A program made the translations under genes and the position numbers. A stretch of DNA of 58,357 nt from Candidatus Omnitrophota bacterium (GTDB lineage Bacteria; Omnitrophota; Gorgyraeia; Gorgyraeales; Gorgyraeaceae). Each line of letters starts with the position of its first letter. The first letter of the stretch is position 1. The notes under the pieces were generated by a model. It was not told the origin of the DNA. It worked only from the letters and a program-made list of their open reading frames with translations, and did no database searches. Of the stretch, positions 8,363 to 17,987 are shown piece after piece. Location of the stretch: NCBI GenBank assembly GCA_018902915.1, contig JAHIPS010000081.1, positions 1-58,357 on the forward strand, in the 5' to 3' direction.

Positions 8363-9088
8363 ATGAGTTTATTAGAGCCACAGGAAGACTTAAAGGTATT
8401 AGTAGAGACATTGAACTTCAAACAAAAGGTCGATCGTTCACTACAGCTTATAAAGGAAGGCTATGATAAATACGGAGACGGTTTTGTAGTAGCCAATAGC
8501 CTTGGCAAGGATTCTGTTGCAGTTTGGCATCTTGCAAAACGCGTAGATCCGAAAATACGAGGGTTTATCGTAACTACCAGGTTTAAACCCAAAGAGACGG
8601 TCAAGTTTATGAATGAAGAGGTGAGAAAATATCCTGAGCTTAAGGTTTATAAAAACGATGCGAAGATACCAGATAAGCTATATGAGACAGATCCGAACAA
8701 ATGCTGCGATATATTAAAGGTCGAGCCTGTTAAGCACGCAGTTGAAGAGATGGGAGTTACGTGCTGGGTAACAGGCCTTCGCTGCACAGAGGGTCGCACC
8801 AGGACAGATTTTAAAGAGGTCGAAGAGCGCGATAAAGGATTAATAAAATTAAACCCTATTCTCATATGGAAAGAACGCGAGGTCTGGCAATATCTGGCCT
8901 TATATGGTGTAAAGGTTAATCCTCTATATACTGAAGGTTACCGCTCTCTTGGATGCGCGCCTTGCACTAAGATCACCAATGAGGATAATGAACGTGCAGG
9001 ACGATGGATAGGCACGAGTAAATGTGGAGGCGAATGCGGTATTCATACACGGCCTTTGAAGGTAAACGTTAACGGAGACGGCATCTAA
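8363..9088 (+). CDS. cysH: phosphoadenosine/adenosine phosphosulfate reductase (Fe-S, APS-type features)
   Basis: PAPS-reductase fold (NSLGKDS, TGLRCTEGRTR), cluster cysteines KCCDILK and LGCAPCT, and a C-terminal ECGIH. Confidence 0.85.
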   Translation: MSLLEPQEDLKVLVETLNFKQKVDRSLQLIKEGYDKYGDGFVVANSLGKDSVAVWHLAKRVDPKIRGFIVTTRFKPKETVKFMNEEVRKYPELKVYKNDAKIPDKLYETDPNKCCDILKVEPVKHAVEEMGVTCWVTGLRCTEGRTRTDFKEVEERDKGLIKLNPILIWKEREVWQYLALYGVKVNPLYTEGYRSLGCAPCTKITNEDNERAGRWIGTSKCGGECGIHTRPLKVNVNGDGI

Positions 9089-10054
9089 GTGGTTATTACG
9101 CTGGTATTAATCATAGTCTCTGTTTTTGTGGCATTAAATATGGGGGCGAGCGGTTTTTCAGTTTCTTTTACTCCCTCATATGGCAGCCGTTTGCTGAAAA
9201 AGTCCAGGGCAGTTGTTCTTTATGGACTTTGTGTTTTTGCCGGTGGGTTGCTCATAGGGCCGAGGGTTGTAAGTACCCTGGTCAATAAGATCTCGCTAGC
9301 GCAGCTTAACCCATATTCCGGTCTTTTGATCTTGTTTTCGGCAGGGGCCATGATGTTTTTAAGTAACATGCTGAAAATTCCGCAGTCCACGAGTTTTGTA
9401 ACTGTGGCGAGTTTTCTGGGGGCGGGCTTATATTACGGAAAGGTAAACTGGCATACGGTTTCAAAGATTATAATCGTAGCAGCTGTTTTTTCAGCCCTTT
9501 CGTTTATAATCACGTATCTTATTAAAAGAAAGATCTACCCGCCGCACAGGGGCAACCTGCATCTTTATGAGAAGTTTCATATTCACAGGAATAAATTTAA
9601 AAATTTTATAATCTGGACTGATATGTATTCGGCCTTTGGGATAGGCACGAATAATGTCGCAAATGTTGTGGCTCCCCTGGTAGGTTCATTGGGCATAAGC
9701 CCGTTTTTAGCCCTTGGATTGTCTGCTCCTCTTTTTGGGTTGGGGGCATATTTCTTTGGAGAGAGGGTCTTGAAGACAGTGTCCAGGGACATAGTGCCGA
9801 TCGGTGAAATGTCAGCGGCCATTGTTTCATCGATCACAGCGACCTTTGTCATTATCGCGTCGTTATTAGGATTACCTGCGCCTTATGTCCAGTTTACTAC
9901 TTTTTCAGTACTTGCGATAAGTTCTGTCAAAGACGGCACAAGGCATACAGCAGGAAAATCTGTTTTTAAAAGGATAATATCCGCATGGATATGCGTGCCC
10001 GTAGCCACAGTTTTTTTGAGTTTTTTATTACACTTATTTTTTATTAAAAGGTAA
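9089..10054 (+). CDS. PiT/PHO4-family anion permease (sulfate uptake inferred from context)
   Basis: 321 aa, polytopic, with PiT-like repeats (NMGASG..., GTNNVANVVAPL). GTG start abuts the cysH stop. Confidence 0.75.
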   Translation: MVITLVLIIVSVFVALNMGASGFSVSFTPSYGSRLLKKSRAVVLYGLCVFAGGLLIGPRVVSTLVNKISLAQLNPYSGLLILFSAGAMMFLSNMLKIPQSTSFVTVASFLGAGLYYGKVNWHTVSKIIIVAAVFSALSFIITYLIKRKIYPPHRGNLHLYEKFHIHRNKFKNFIIWTDMYSAFGIGTNNVANVVAPLVGSLGISPFLALGLSAPLFGLGAYFFGERVLKTVSRDIVPIGEMSAAIVSSITATFVIIASLLGLPAPYVQFTTFSVLAISSVKDGTRHTAGKSVFKRIISAWICVPVATVFLSFLLHLFFIKR

Positions 10055-10055
10055 C

Positions 10056-10454
10056 ATGATTTATATAAATAGAGATCTTAGAAAGGTGCTTATAGAACAC
10101 TCTAAGGATGAATTTCCGAATGAGGCGTGCGGTCTTTTGGCTGGAAAAGATAACAGAGTCGAGAGGATTTATGGAATGAGAAATACCGATAAGAGCGCAA
10201 CGTCATTTTTTATGGACCCGCAGGAACAGCTGAAGGTCATGAAAGAGATGCGCGCTTCTGGCCTTGATTTTATAGGCGTATATCACTCTCATCCTGAGAC
10301 AAAGGCATATCCTTCAGCTCACGATGTTGAGCTTGCATTTTATCCTGAAGTTTCGTATGTAATTGTCTCATTAAAGGATGGAGATAATCCAGATATATGT
10401 TCATTTAAGATTGTAGAAGGGAAGATCACAAAAGAGGAAGTGAGAGTCGAATGA
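10056..10454 (+). CDS. JAMM/MPN+ metalloprotease (Mec/HcyD/QbsD-like)
   Basis: NEACG plus HSHPETKAYPSAHD, which is E...HxH-x7-S-x2-D. Confidence 0.85.
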   Translation: MIYINRDLRKVLIEHSKDEFPNEACGLLAGKDNRVERIYGMRNTDKSATSFFMDPQEQLKVMKEMRASGLDFIGVYHSHPETKAYPSAHDVELAFYPEVSYVIVSLKDGDNPDICSFKIVEGKITKEEVRVE

Positions 10455-11485
10455 GTTTTGTAGTAGTTGGCACAAATCACAGATATAGCCATATTGAGCT
10501 AAGAGAGGAAATATCTTTCTCAAAGAGAGGGCTCCAGGATGCCTTTAATTTCTTGAGAGAGACAGGTGTCTTGAAGTCCAGCGTTATCCTTTCTACCTGC
10601 AACAGGGTAGAGATATATGCTTCTACAGGTACGGCTGAGTCTGGAATACACCAGATAAAGGATTTTCTCTCTAGATTTTACGAGATCAATGGCAAAGACC
10701 TCTGGCCTTACCTTTATATATATAGGGATGAAGACGCCTTAAGGCATTTATTCAGGGTCGCATCAGGCTTGGATTCCCTGATCTTGGGTGAATCGCAGAT
10801 CTTGGGTCAGGTGAACTCTGCATTTCATGAGTCAGGAAAGAATGGCTTTGTAGATCCTTCTTTAGGAGAGATTTTTAATTCTGCGATCTCATCAGCAGGA
10901 AAGGTACATTTACAAACCAGCATATCTGAAGGGAAGGTGTCTATAGGGAGCGTGGCTGTAGATTTTATAAAGGAAAGAATAGGAAGTTTTTTAAGTAAAA
11001 ATATCTTAATTATAGGCGTTGGCAAGGTTACAGAATTGGTTTTGAAGTATCTGGAGAAAGAAGGCAAAAACGTAGTTTTTATTTCTAATAGGACTTTTGA
11101 ACGGGCTCAGTCTCTGGCTCGTCAGATTGGCGCAAAGGCGGTTAAATTTGACAATTTAAAGGAGTATTTAAGTAAAGCAGATGTAGTCATCACAGCAACA
11201 AAGAGCCCGCATTTTATTATTAATAAACAGATTATAGAAGAAGCTGTCAGTCAAAAACGCTTACTAATTGTAGATCTGGCTCTGCCAAGAGATGTCGATC
11301 CTCGGATAAAAGAGATAGATAGGATAGAATTATTCGATATAGAGGACTTAACGAAAGTTATTCAGAGGAATAGAGATAAGAAGAAACATGAGGCTCTTAA
11401 GGCCGAGCAGATTATAGAAGACGAGGTACAGAGATTATGCCAGGAACTGTCAGGGTTGGGACAAGAAAGAGCCCTCTTGCGCTGA
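10451..11485 (+). CDS. hemA: glutamyl-tRNA reductase (short C-terminus)
   Basis: VVGTNHR, active-site TCNRVEIY and the GVGKV Rossmann motif. It ends 49 nt inside the next gene. Confidence 0.85.
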   Translation: MSFVVVGTNHRYSHIELREEISFSKRGLQDAFNFLRETGVLKSSVILSTCNRVEIYASTGTAESGIHQIKDFLSRFYEINGKDLWPYLYIYRDEDALRHLFRVASGLDSLILGESQILGQVNSAFHESGKNGFVDPSLGEIFNSAISSAGKVHLQTSISEGKVSIGSVAVDFIKERIGSFLSKNILIIGVGKVTELVLKYLEKEGKNVVFISNRTFERAQSLARQIGAKAVKFDNLKEYLSKADVVITATKSPHFIINKQIIEEAVSQKRLLIVDLALPRDVDPRIKEIDRIELFDIEDLTKVIQRNRDKKKHEALKAEQIIEDEVQRLCQELSGLGQERALLR

Positions 11486-13509
11486 AACAAGTGGAAGAAG
11501 TTCTAGTTGGGCTAAAAAAATTTCATCCTGATGTAGGATTTGATATTGTTACCATAGATACATATGGAGATATGGATAAAAAAACACCTATATCAAATAT
11601 AGAAGGAACGGATTTTTTTACAAGAGAAATAGACCATGCGCTTTTAAGAGACGAGATTGATATTGCTGTTCACAGCGCTAAGGATTTACCTGACAACTTA
11701 AAAGAGGGGATCAAGATAGCGCTTATTACTGAATCAATCGATCCATACGACTGTTTAGTTTCAAAATCCGGGTTAAAACTTAGCGAACTTCCTCCAGGGG
11801 CAAAGATAGGGACGAGCAGTTCGCGCCGCAAGACACAATTGAAGAAATACAGGAGTGATTTTCAGATCGTAGATATACGAGGAAATATTGAAGAACGTTT
11901 AAGATTACTTGATGATCGCGAGCGACGAGTGACGAACGACGAGCGACGAATAGATGCCATTGTTATTGCAGCTTGTGCGCTGTTGAGATTAGGTTTAAAA
12001 CAACGCATAACCGAAAGATTGCCTTTTGAGATTCTAAGGCCACATCCTTTACAGGGTTCGTTGGCAGTAGTAACAAGAAAGGACAAGGTTGATTTGATAA
12101 ATCTCGTAAAGACAAAGAAGGTCTATATTGTTGGTGCAGGGCCAGGAAGGCCGGATTTAATAAGTGTGAGAGGATTGCGCATTCTTAAAGAGGCCGATGT
12201 AGTCATATATGATTATCTTGTCGATAAGGCCCTTTTGGATGAGACTAAGCCAGAATCTGAGCTCATATCTTGCGGCAAGCTTGGCAAGAATAGATTTTCA
12301 GGAAAGTCTATCGAGGCACAGGCAAGGATAAGTGAGCTAATTGTTGAGAAGGCTAAAGAGGGAAGGCGTGTTGTAAGACTTAAGAATGGTGATGCAACTA
12401 TTTTTAGCCGCCTAAGAGAAGAGCTCGAGGCATTAACTAGAAATAAGATAGAATTTGAAATAGTGCCTGGCGTTACAGCTGCAAGCGCAGCAGCAGGTTT
12501 TAGCGGCATACCACTTACAGATAGGCATGATTCATCCAGCGTTATTTTTTTAACAGGACACGAATCTGATGATAAGAGAAAAACTAGTATAGATTGGAAT
12601 AGAGTGGCTGATTTTGAATCCTTGGTTATATACATGGGTGTTGATAGTATCTCAAAAATAGTCTCAGAGTTAATAAAATCAGGAAAATCCGGCAACACTC
12701 CAGCAGCCGTAGTATCAAAGGCAACAGACATAAACCAGAAAACAGTCAGGGGCAAGTTGAAAAATATTGCTGAAAAGGTAAGGACAGGAGATATTGAGCC
12801 GCCAGCGATATTTATTATTGGAAAAACCGCAGAGCTGGAAAAGGATTTTAACTGGTTCAGGAAGAATAAAAGGGTTTTATTTACAGGTCTGTCTAAGGAG
12901 AGATTCTTTACAGACGGGACCTATTACCACCTGCCTTTGATTGACATAGGGCCACTCGATGACTATAAGGAATTTGACAGCCATTTGAAGAAAATCAGAC
13001 AATTTGACTGGATAGTATTTGCAAGCCGCTATGGCGTGGAGTATTTCTTCGGAAGACTTAAAAAAATTGGGCATGACTCGAGAATACTTAACAACATAAA
13101 AATCGCAGGTGTAGGAAATTCTACAAAGGCAAGGCTTCTTGATTTTGGCATTTCAGCGGATCTGGTGCCGCAAAAGGAATCTTCAGAAGGGTTGATCGAG
13201 GAGTTTGAGAAGATAGATATCAGAGGGAAGAACATATTTTTGCCCCGCTCTGATATATCTGATAAAGGCTTGGAAAAGGCCTTTCAGAAACTCGGAGCAA
13301 TAATAGCCACTTCGTCCGCATATAGAAATAGAATTTCCAGAGATTTGCCTGATTTGGACCTGACCAGCTTTGATGAGGTCATGTTTACGAGCCCTTCTAC
13401 AGTAAGGAATTTTAGAAAAAGATATGGAAGATTGCCCGAGCATGTCAAGGCAAAGTGCATAGGGGATGTGACTTTGAGGGAGGCAAAGAGATGCCGGTTA
13501 ATAGATTAA
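11437..13509 (+). CDS. trifunctional fusion: porphobilinogen deaminase domains 1-2 (no domain 3), uroporphyrinogen-III C-methyltransferase and uroporphyrinogen-III synthase
   Basis: aa 1-about 220: RVGTRKSPLALKQ...HSAKDLP...GTSSSRRKTQL...QGSLAVV (HemC). aa about 225-470: VYIVGAGPGRPDL...VRLKNGDATIF...VPGVTAASAAA (CobA/SUMT). aa about 475-690: HemD-like. Confidence 0.8.
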   Translation: MPGTVRVGTRKSPLALKQVEEVLVGLKKFHPDVGFDIVTIDTYGDMDKKTPISNIEGTDFFTREIDHALLRDEIDIAVHSAKDLPDNLKEGIKIALITESIDPYDCLVSKSGLKLSELPPGAKIGTSSSRRKTQLKKYRSDFQIVDIRGNIEERLRLLDDRERRVTNDERRIDAIVIAACALLRLGLKQRITERLPFEILRPHPLQGSLAVVTRKDKVDLINLVKTKKVYIVGAGPGRPDLISVRGLRILKEADVVIYDYLVDKALLDETKPESELISCGKLGKNRFSGKSIEAQARISELIVEKAKEGRRVVRLKNGDATIFSRLREELEALTRNKIEFEIVPGVTAASAAAGFSGIPLTDRHDSSSVIFLTGHESDDKRKTSIDWNRVADFESLVIYMGVDSISKIVSELIKSGKSGNTPAAVVSKATDINQKTVRGKLKNIAEKVRTGDIEPPAIFIIGKTAELEKDFNWFRKNKRVLFTGLSKERFFTDGTYYHLPLIDIGPLDDYKEFDSHLKKIRQFDWIVFASRYGVEYFFGRLKKIGHDSRILNNIKIAGVGNSTKARLLDFGISADLVPQKESSEGLIEEFEKIDIRGKNIFLPRSDISDKGLEKAFQKLGAIIATSSAYRNRISRDLPDLDLTSFDEVMFTSPSTVRNFRKRYGRLPEHVKAKCIGDVTLREAKRCRLID
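11921..11948 (+). repeat. heptanucleotide tandem repeat AGCGACG|AGTGACG|AACGACG|AGCGACG inside hemC
   Basis: Four consecutive 7-mers read directly. They encode part of the insertion ...DDRERRVTNDERR... in the conserved RGNI..RL...DAIV segment. Confidence 0.85.
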
Positions 13510-14507
13510 GAAGACTCAGGAGGAACAGTGCTATAAGAGACTGGGTCAGCGAGACTGTGCTAAGACCCAAGGATCTCATTTTGCCTTATTTTGTCATCGA
13601 TGGAAAGGGTGTTGATAGACCTATTAAATCTCTGCCGGAAGTTAGTCATCTATCGATTGACAAATTGCTCAAAGAAATAGCTAAGGTGGAAAAAAGAGGG
13701 ATAAGGTCTATTCTTTTGTTTGGAGTACCTAAGAAAAAGGACAAAATAGGATCTGAGGCGTATAATAAGGACGGCATTGTTCAAAGAGCGACAAAAGCAA
13801 TAAAGAAAGAATTCGAAGATTTGGTCGTAATAACAGATGTGTGTCTGTGTAGTTATACGTCTCACGGACATTGTGGTATCATTAAGGGACAAGGGACCCC
13901 ATACCACAAGGGTACGGAGCAGGCAAGTGACAAGAGACAAGGGTATATTATAGATAATGACAAGACTTTAAAGATTTTGGCGAAGATCGCTCTATCTCAT
14001 GCTGAAGCTGGTGCTGATCTAGTGGCGCCTTCAGCAATGATGGACGGACAGGTAATGTCAATAAGAGAAGGCTTAGACAAAAATGGATTTAAGGATATAG
14101 GGATAATGGCCTATGCAGCTAAATATGCGTCGAATTTTTATGGCCCTTTTAGAGAGGCATTAGATTCTGGTCCACACTTCGGAGACAGAAAGACCTATCA
14201 GATGGATTTTAGAAATTCAGACCAGGCCCTGAGAGAGATAGGCCATGATATTGAAGAGGGCGCTGATATTGTAATGGTAAAACCAGCCCTTTCATATCTG
14301 GATATTATTTATCGGGCAAAAGAGAAGTTTAATGTACCTGTAGCCGCGTATAATGTAAGCGGTGAATATGCGATGGTGAAGGCATATTCTCAGGGACAGG
14401 GGATTGAAAAAGAGTTGGCTCTGGAGATTTTGACGAGCATAAAGCGTGCTGGGGCGGATTTTATAATTACATACTGGGCAAAAGAGGCAGCGGGATGGTT
14501 AAACTGA
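13491..14507 (+). CDS. hemB: porphobilinogen synthase (Zn-type)
   Basis: DVCLCSYTSHGHCG Zn site and IVMVKPAL. ATG 13491 has GGGAGG 8 nt upstream (the ORF track starts at 13455). Confidence 0.9.
   Translation: MPVNRLRRLRRNSAIRDWVSETVLRPKDLILPYFVIDGKGVDRPIKSLPEVSHLSIDKLLKEIAKVEKRGIRSILLFGVPKKKDKIGSEAYNKDGIVQRATKAIKKEFEDLVVITDVCLCSYTSHGHCGIIKGQGTPYHKGTEQASDKRQGYIIDNDKTLKILAKIALSHAEAGADLVAPSAMMDGQVMSIREGLDKNGFKDIGIMAYAAKYASNFYGPFREALDSGPHFGDRKTYQMDFRNSDQALREIGHDIEEGADIVMVKPALSYLDIIYRAKEKFNVPVAAYNVSGEYAMVKAYSQGQGIEKELALEILTSIKRAGADFIITYWAKEAAGWLN
13926..13939 (+). repeat. two degenerate heptamers AGTGACA|AGAGACA within an approximately 15-aa insertion in hemB
   Basis: The insertion KGQGTPYHKGTEQASDKRQG lies between GHCGII and IDNDKT. 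The DNA also carries ACAAGGG three times (13880-13945). Confidence 0.7.
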
Positions 14508-15745
14508 GCGACAAGCGACAAGCGACAAGCGACAAGGAGCTTTTTAGCGAAGCCAGACGATTTATTCCTGGGGGCGTAAATAGTCCGGTGAGATCTTTTA
14601 AGGCTGTTGGGGGAAGTCCTGTCTTTATAAAGAAGGCCTACGGGGATAAGATTTATAGTGAATGCGGCGAAGAGTTTATTGATTACTGTCTTTCCTGGGG
14701 CGCTTTGATCTTAGGGCATACTCACAGGGAAGTAATCAAGGCTATAGAGAGCTCATTAAAGAACGGAACAAGTTTTGGCGCAGCTACAAGATTGGAGACA
14801 GAATTGGCAATGCTTATTGCAGAGGCTGTTCCTTCAATCGAACAGATTAGATTAACAAATTCAGGCACTGAGGCAGTTATGGGCGCGGTCAGACTTGCAA
14901 GGGCATACACTGGGAAAAATAAGATTATAAAATTTCAAGGCTCGTATCATGGGCACGCAGATTATCTTTTGGATTGCACAGGCGTGCCAGAGGACTTTAA
15001 GAGACATACAATTGTAGTTCCGTATAACGATATAGGCGCTGTTTTAGAAGCAGCTGAGCTGCACAGGGAAGATTTAGCTGCGATAATAGTTGAGCCAGTT
15101 TCCGGGAATTGCGGAGTGGTATTGTCAGACATTGGTTTTTTGCAGGGTTTGAGAAAGATCGCTGATAAATACAACACAGTTCTTATTTTCGATGAAGTTA
15201 TTACTGGATTCAGGGTTTCATACAGCGGCGCGCAGGGAATTTTTGGAATAAAAGCAGATATTACCTGCTTAGGTAAGGTTATAGGCGGGGGATTGCCGGT
15301 AGGCGCCTTTGGAGGAAGAAGGGAAATTATGGATCTTTTAGCGCCCGAAGGAGACGTCTATCAGGCAGGGACATTGTCAGGTAATCCAGTCGCGGTCACA
15401 GCCGGGATCACGACCTTGAAAATACTGAAAGAAATAAATCCATACCCAGATCTGGAAACCAAAACAAAGAAACTATGTGAAGGGATTATGGCGAGCGCTA
15501 AAAAATATGATATAAAGCTGAGGGCTAATTATATTAGTTCTATGTTTAGCATATTTTTTGGAGAAAATGGACAGGATAAGGGATTATTTAAAAAGTTTTT
15601 CCACGGATTATTAAAAAGAGGTATTTATTTTTCACCATCTGGTTTTGAGGCAAATTTTTTGTCAACCGCGCATAGTAATGAAGATGTAAAGAAGACATTA
15701 GATGTGATCGATGAGACATTTGAAAGTTTAAGGAGGTCAGAATGA
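14495..15745 (+). CDS. hemL: glutamate-1-semialdehyde 2,1-aminomutase
   Basis: [10 protein letters not shown] and PLP-Lys region CLGKVIGGG. It overlaps the hemB stop by 13 nt. Confidence 0.9.
   Translation: MVKLSDKRQATSDKELFSEARRFIPGGVNSPVRSFKAVGGSPVFIKKAYGDKIYSECGEEFIDYCLSWGALILGHTHREVIKAIESSLKNGTSFGAATRLETELAMLIAEAVPSIEQIRLTNSGTEAVMGAVRLARAYTGKNKIIKFQGSYHGHADYLLDCTGVPEDFKRHTIVVPYNDIGAVLEAAELHREDLAAIIVEPVSGNCGVVLSDIGFLQGLRKIADKYNTVLIFDEVITGFRVSYSGAQGIFGIKADITCLGKVIGGGLPVGAFGGRREIMDLLAPEGDVYQAGTLSGNPVAVTAGITTLKILKEINPYPDLETKTKKLCEGIMASAKKYDIKLRANYISSMFSIFFGENGQDKGLFKKFFHGLLKRGIYFSPSGFEANFLSTAHSNEDVKKTLDVIDETFESLRRSE
14507..14534 (+). repeat. perfect heptanucleotide tandem repeat (AGCGACA)x4 between the hemL start codon and its conserved N-terminus
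   Basis: Read directly. It begins at the last base of the hemB stop codon and encodes [10 protein letters not shown]. Confidence 0.9.
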
Positions 15746-16875
15746 ATATTCTAATCAATGGTAAAAAAGAAGAGTTAAAAGATGTTGTTACAGTGGCTAA
15801 GCTTTTAGAGCAGAAAAAGATCAGACCTGAGGTCGTGACTGTAGAATTGAACGATAAGATCATAGAAAAGAGCAAATATAATGAAATCCAGCTCAAGGAC
15901 AATGACAGAGTGGAGTTTGTCTATTACATGGGAGGCGGATCCGGAAATAATTCCAAGCTGATGGAAAATGTCCTGGAGTCGATAGGCAATACGCCCATGG
16001 TGAAACTTAATAAGATTGTAACCGAAGATATGGCCCGCATATTCGCAAAACTCGAGTTTTTTAACCCAGGCAGCAGCGTCAAAGACAGGATATGCCTTTC
16101 TATGATCGAGGATGCTGAAAACAAGGGGCTTCTTTCCAAGGGTTCCACCATAATCGAGCCCACAAGCGGAAATACCGGGATAGGTCTTGCAATGATTTGT
16201 GCTGTCAAAGGCTATAAATGCATAATCACTATGCCCGAGACAATGAGTCTCGAGAGAATCTATATACTCAGGTCTTTCGGCGCCGAGGTCATTCTTACTT
16301 CGGGCGCAGAAGGCATGAAGGGCTCTATTAAAAAAGCTGAAGAGTTACTAAAGAAGACACCAGTGAGTTTTATGCCCCAGCAGTTCAAGAATAAGGCAAA
16401 TCCTGCTATTCATAGAGAGACAACGGCCAAAGAGATATTGGATAGCACTGATGGCAAAGTGGATGCGTTTGTTGCCGGCATAGGAACAGGGGGGACTATA
16501 ACAGGCGTAGGAGAAGTTTTAAAGAAACATAACCCTGATGTTAAGATAATAGGGGTCGAACCAGCATCGAGTGCTGTGTTGTCTGGAAAAGGACCTGGGC
16601 CGCATAAGATTCAGGGAATCGGCGCGGGATTTGTACCGGATGTTTTAAATCGTCAGGTAATCGATGAGATAATTCAGGTTAAGGACAGTGATGCTTTTAA
16701 AACCTCAAGGAGATTAGCCAGGGAAGAAGGATTGTTTGTCGGTATATCAGCAGGCGCAGCAGCATGGGCAGCTATAAAGGTGGCAAAAAATCTTGACAAA
16801 GAAAAAAGGGTGGTCGTGATTTTTCCTGATACTGGTGAGAGATATTTTTCAATGCAGCAGTATTTCGAGGCATAG
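15742..16875 (+). CDS. ThiS-like sulfur-carrier domain fused to cysteine synthase (CysK/CysM family)
   Basis: aa 1-66 form a ThiS-like domain ending [10 protein letters not shown]. The linker is SGNNSKL. A CysK-type domain follows ([12 protein letters not shown] Lys in [21 protein letters not shown]). There is no stop between the domains. Confidence 0.8.
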   Translation: MNILINGKKEELKDVVTVAKLLEQKKIRPEVVTVELNDKIIEKSKYNEIQLKDNDRVEFVYYMGGGSGNNSKLMENVLESIGNTPMVKLNKIVTEDMARIFAKLEFFNPGSSVKDRICLSMIEDAENKGLLSKGSTIIEPTSGNTGIGLAMICAVKGYKCIITMPETMSLERIYILRSFGAEVILTSGAEGMKGSIKKAEELLKKTPVSFMPQQFKNKANPAIHRETTAKEILDSTDGKVDAFVAGIGTGGTITGVGEVLKKHNPDVKIIGVEPASSAVLSGKGPGPHKIQGIGAGFVPDVLNRQVIDEIIQVKDSDAFKTSRRLAREEGLFVGISAGAAAWAAIKVAKNLDKEKRVVVIFPDTGERYFSMQQYFEA

Positions 16876-16886
16876 GGAGCAATTAT

Positions 16887-17744
16887 ATGACTGAATATAA
16901 TATAAAAGAACTCAAGAGTGGTGGGTTGATGAAGCAGAAAGAAAAGGATATATTTTCTCTTCGTCTGCGTATAGTTGGAGGTTTTGTCAAATCCGAACAG
17001 CTGATCAAGCTTTCGGAGATAGCCGATAGATTTGGTAAAGGATATATACATTTGACCACAAGACAAGGCATTGAGATCCCGAACGTAAACATCAAAGACT
17101 TTGAGAAAGTTAAAAAGGAATTAAACGAAGCTGAGCTTCAGATGGGCGCATGTGGCCAGAGGGTAAGGACAGTAACTGCATGCCAGGGAAAGGAATGCAG
17201 TCATGGCTTAATAGATTGTCTAATGCTCGCAAGAGAGATCGATCATAAATATTTTGGCATAGGCGGCCACCCTCATAAATTTAAGATAGGGATTACTGGC
17301 TGTCCAAATGCATGTATTAAACCTCATGAAAATGACTTGGGCATATTAGGCAGATTAAAGAAAAGGTTCGTAAGAGAAAAGTGTAACTATTGCGGGCTCT
17401 GCGCAGAGATCTGTCCAGTAGGCGCAATAGAGGTGGATAAGGACGATGAGAAGATAGTATTTAATGCAGAGAAATGCATTGGATGCGGAGATTGTGTGTA
17501 TTCCTGCCCGACTGATGCGTGGCAAAAAAGGCAGGAGGGCTATACTATTTTTGTCGGTGGCAAGATGGGAAAATTCCCGAAGCTCGGCATAAAGGCCTTT
17601 GACTTTATTGAGACAAAAGAAAAGGTCTTTGAGGTCATAGAAAAGACATTAGAGTTTTATAAAAAGTTCGGCAATAAAGGCGAGAGATTCAGGGAGACAT
17701 TGGACAGAGTAGGAGTGGAGAAATACAAGGAGACGGTTTCATGA
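16887..17744 (+). CDS. small assimilatory-type sulfite reductase (siroheme/4Fe-4S with inserted ferredoxin domain)
   Basis: TTRQGIEIPNV, TACQGKECSHG...TGCPNACIKPHENDLG, and ferredoxin motifs CNYCGLCAEICP and CIGCGDCVYSCP. Confidence 0.75.
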   Translation: MTEYNIKELKSGGLMKQKEKDIFSLRLRIVGGFVKSEQLIKLSEIADRFGKGYIHLTTRQGIEIPNVNIKDFEKVKKELNEAELQMGACGQRVRTVTACQGKECSHGLIDCLMLAREIDHKYFGIGGHPHKFKIGITGCPNACIKPHENDLGILGRLKKRFVREKCNYCGLCAEICPVGAIEVDKDDEKIVFNAEKCIGCGDCVYSCPTDAWQKRQEGYTIFVGGKMGKFPKLGIKAFDFIETKEKVFEVIEKTLEFYKKFGNKGERFRETLDRVGVEKYKETVS

Positions 17745-17977
17745 GTGATGCAGTGCCAAACGAAGTCTTGAACTTGGAGAATATAGCGTGTCCGAATAAT
17801 TTTGTCAGGACAAAATTGAAACTTGAGGAGATGGAAACTGGTCAGACACTGGAGGTAATTTTGGATGATGGCGAGCCCATCAGAAATGTGCCTCGAGCCG
17901 TAAAGGAAGAAGGCCACGAGATTCTAAAGGCAGAAAAGATAGATAATAAATGGAAGATATTGATTAAAAAAATATGA
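17741..17977 (+). CDS. TusA/SirA-family sulfurtransferase
   Basis: 78 aa with the conserved Cys-Pro (NIACPNNFVRTKLKLEEM) and ...LEVILDDGEP. Its ATGA overlaps the sulfite reductase stop. Confidence 0.8.
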   Translation: MSDAVPNEVLNLENIACPNNFVRTKLKLEEMETGQTLEVILDDGEPIRNVPRAVKEEGHEILKAEKIDNKWKILIKKI

Positions 17978-17987
17978 GGTGATTACA

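Noticed and set aside
14507-14534. Deliberate phase variation of hemL through the (AGCGACA)4 tract
   Set aside because: On/off switching of an essential haem/siroheme enzyme has no obvious rationale. Related tracts in hemC and hemB are degenerate and therefore less slippery. The repeat is kept as a finding, but regulatory phase variation is not claimed.
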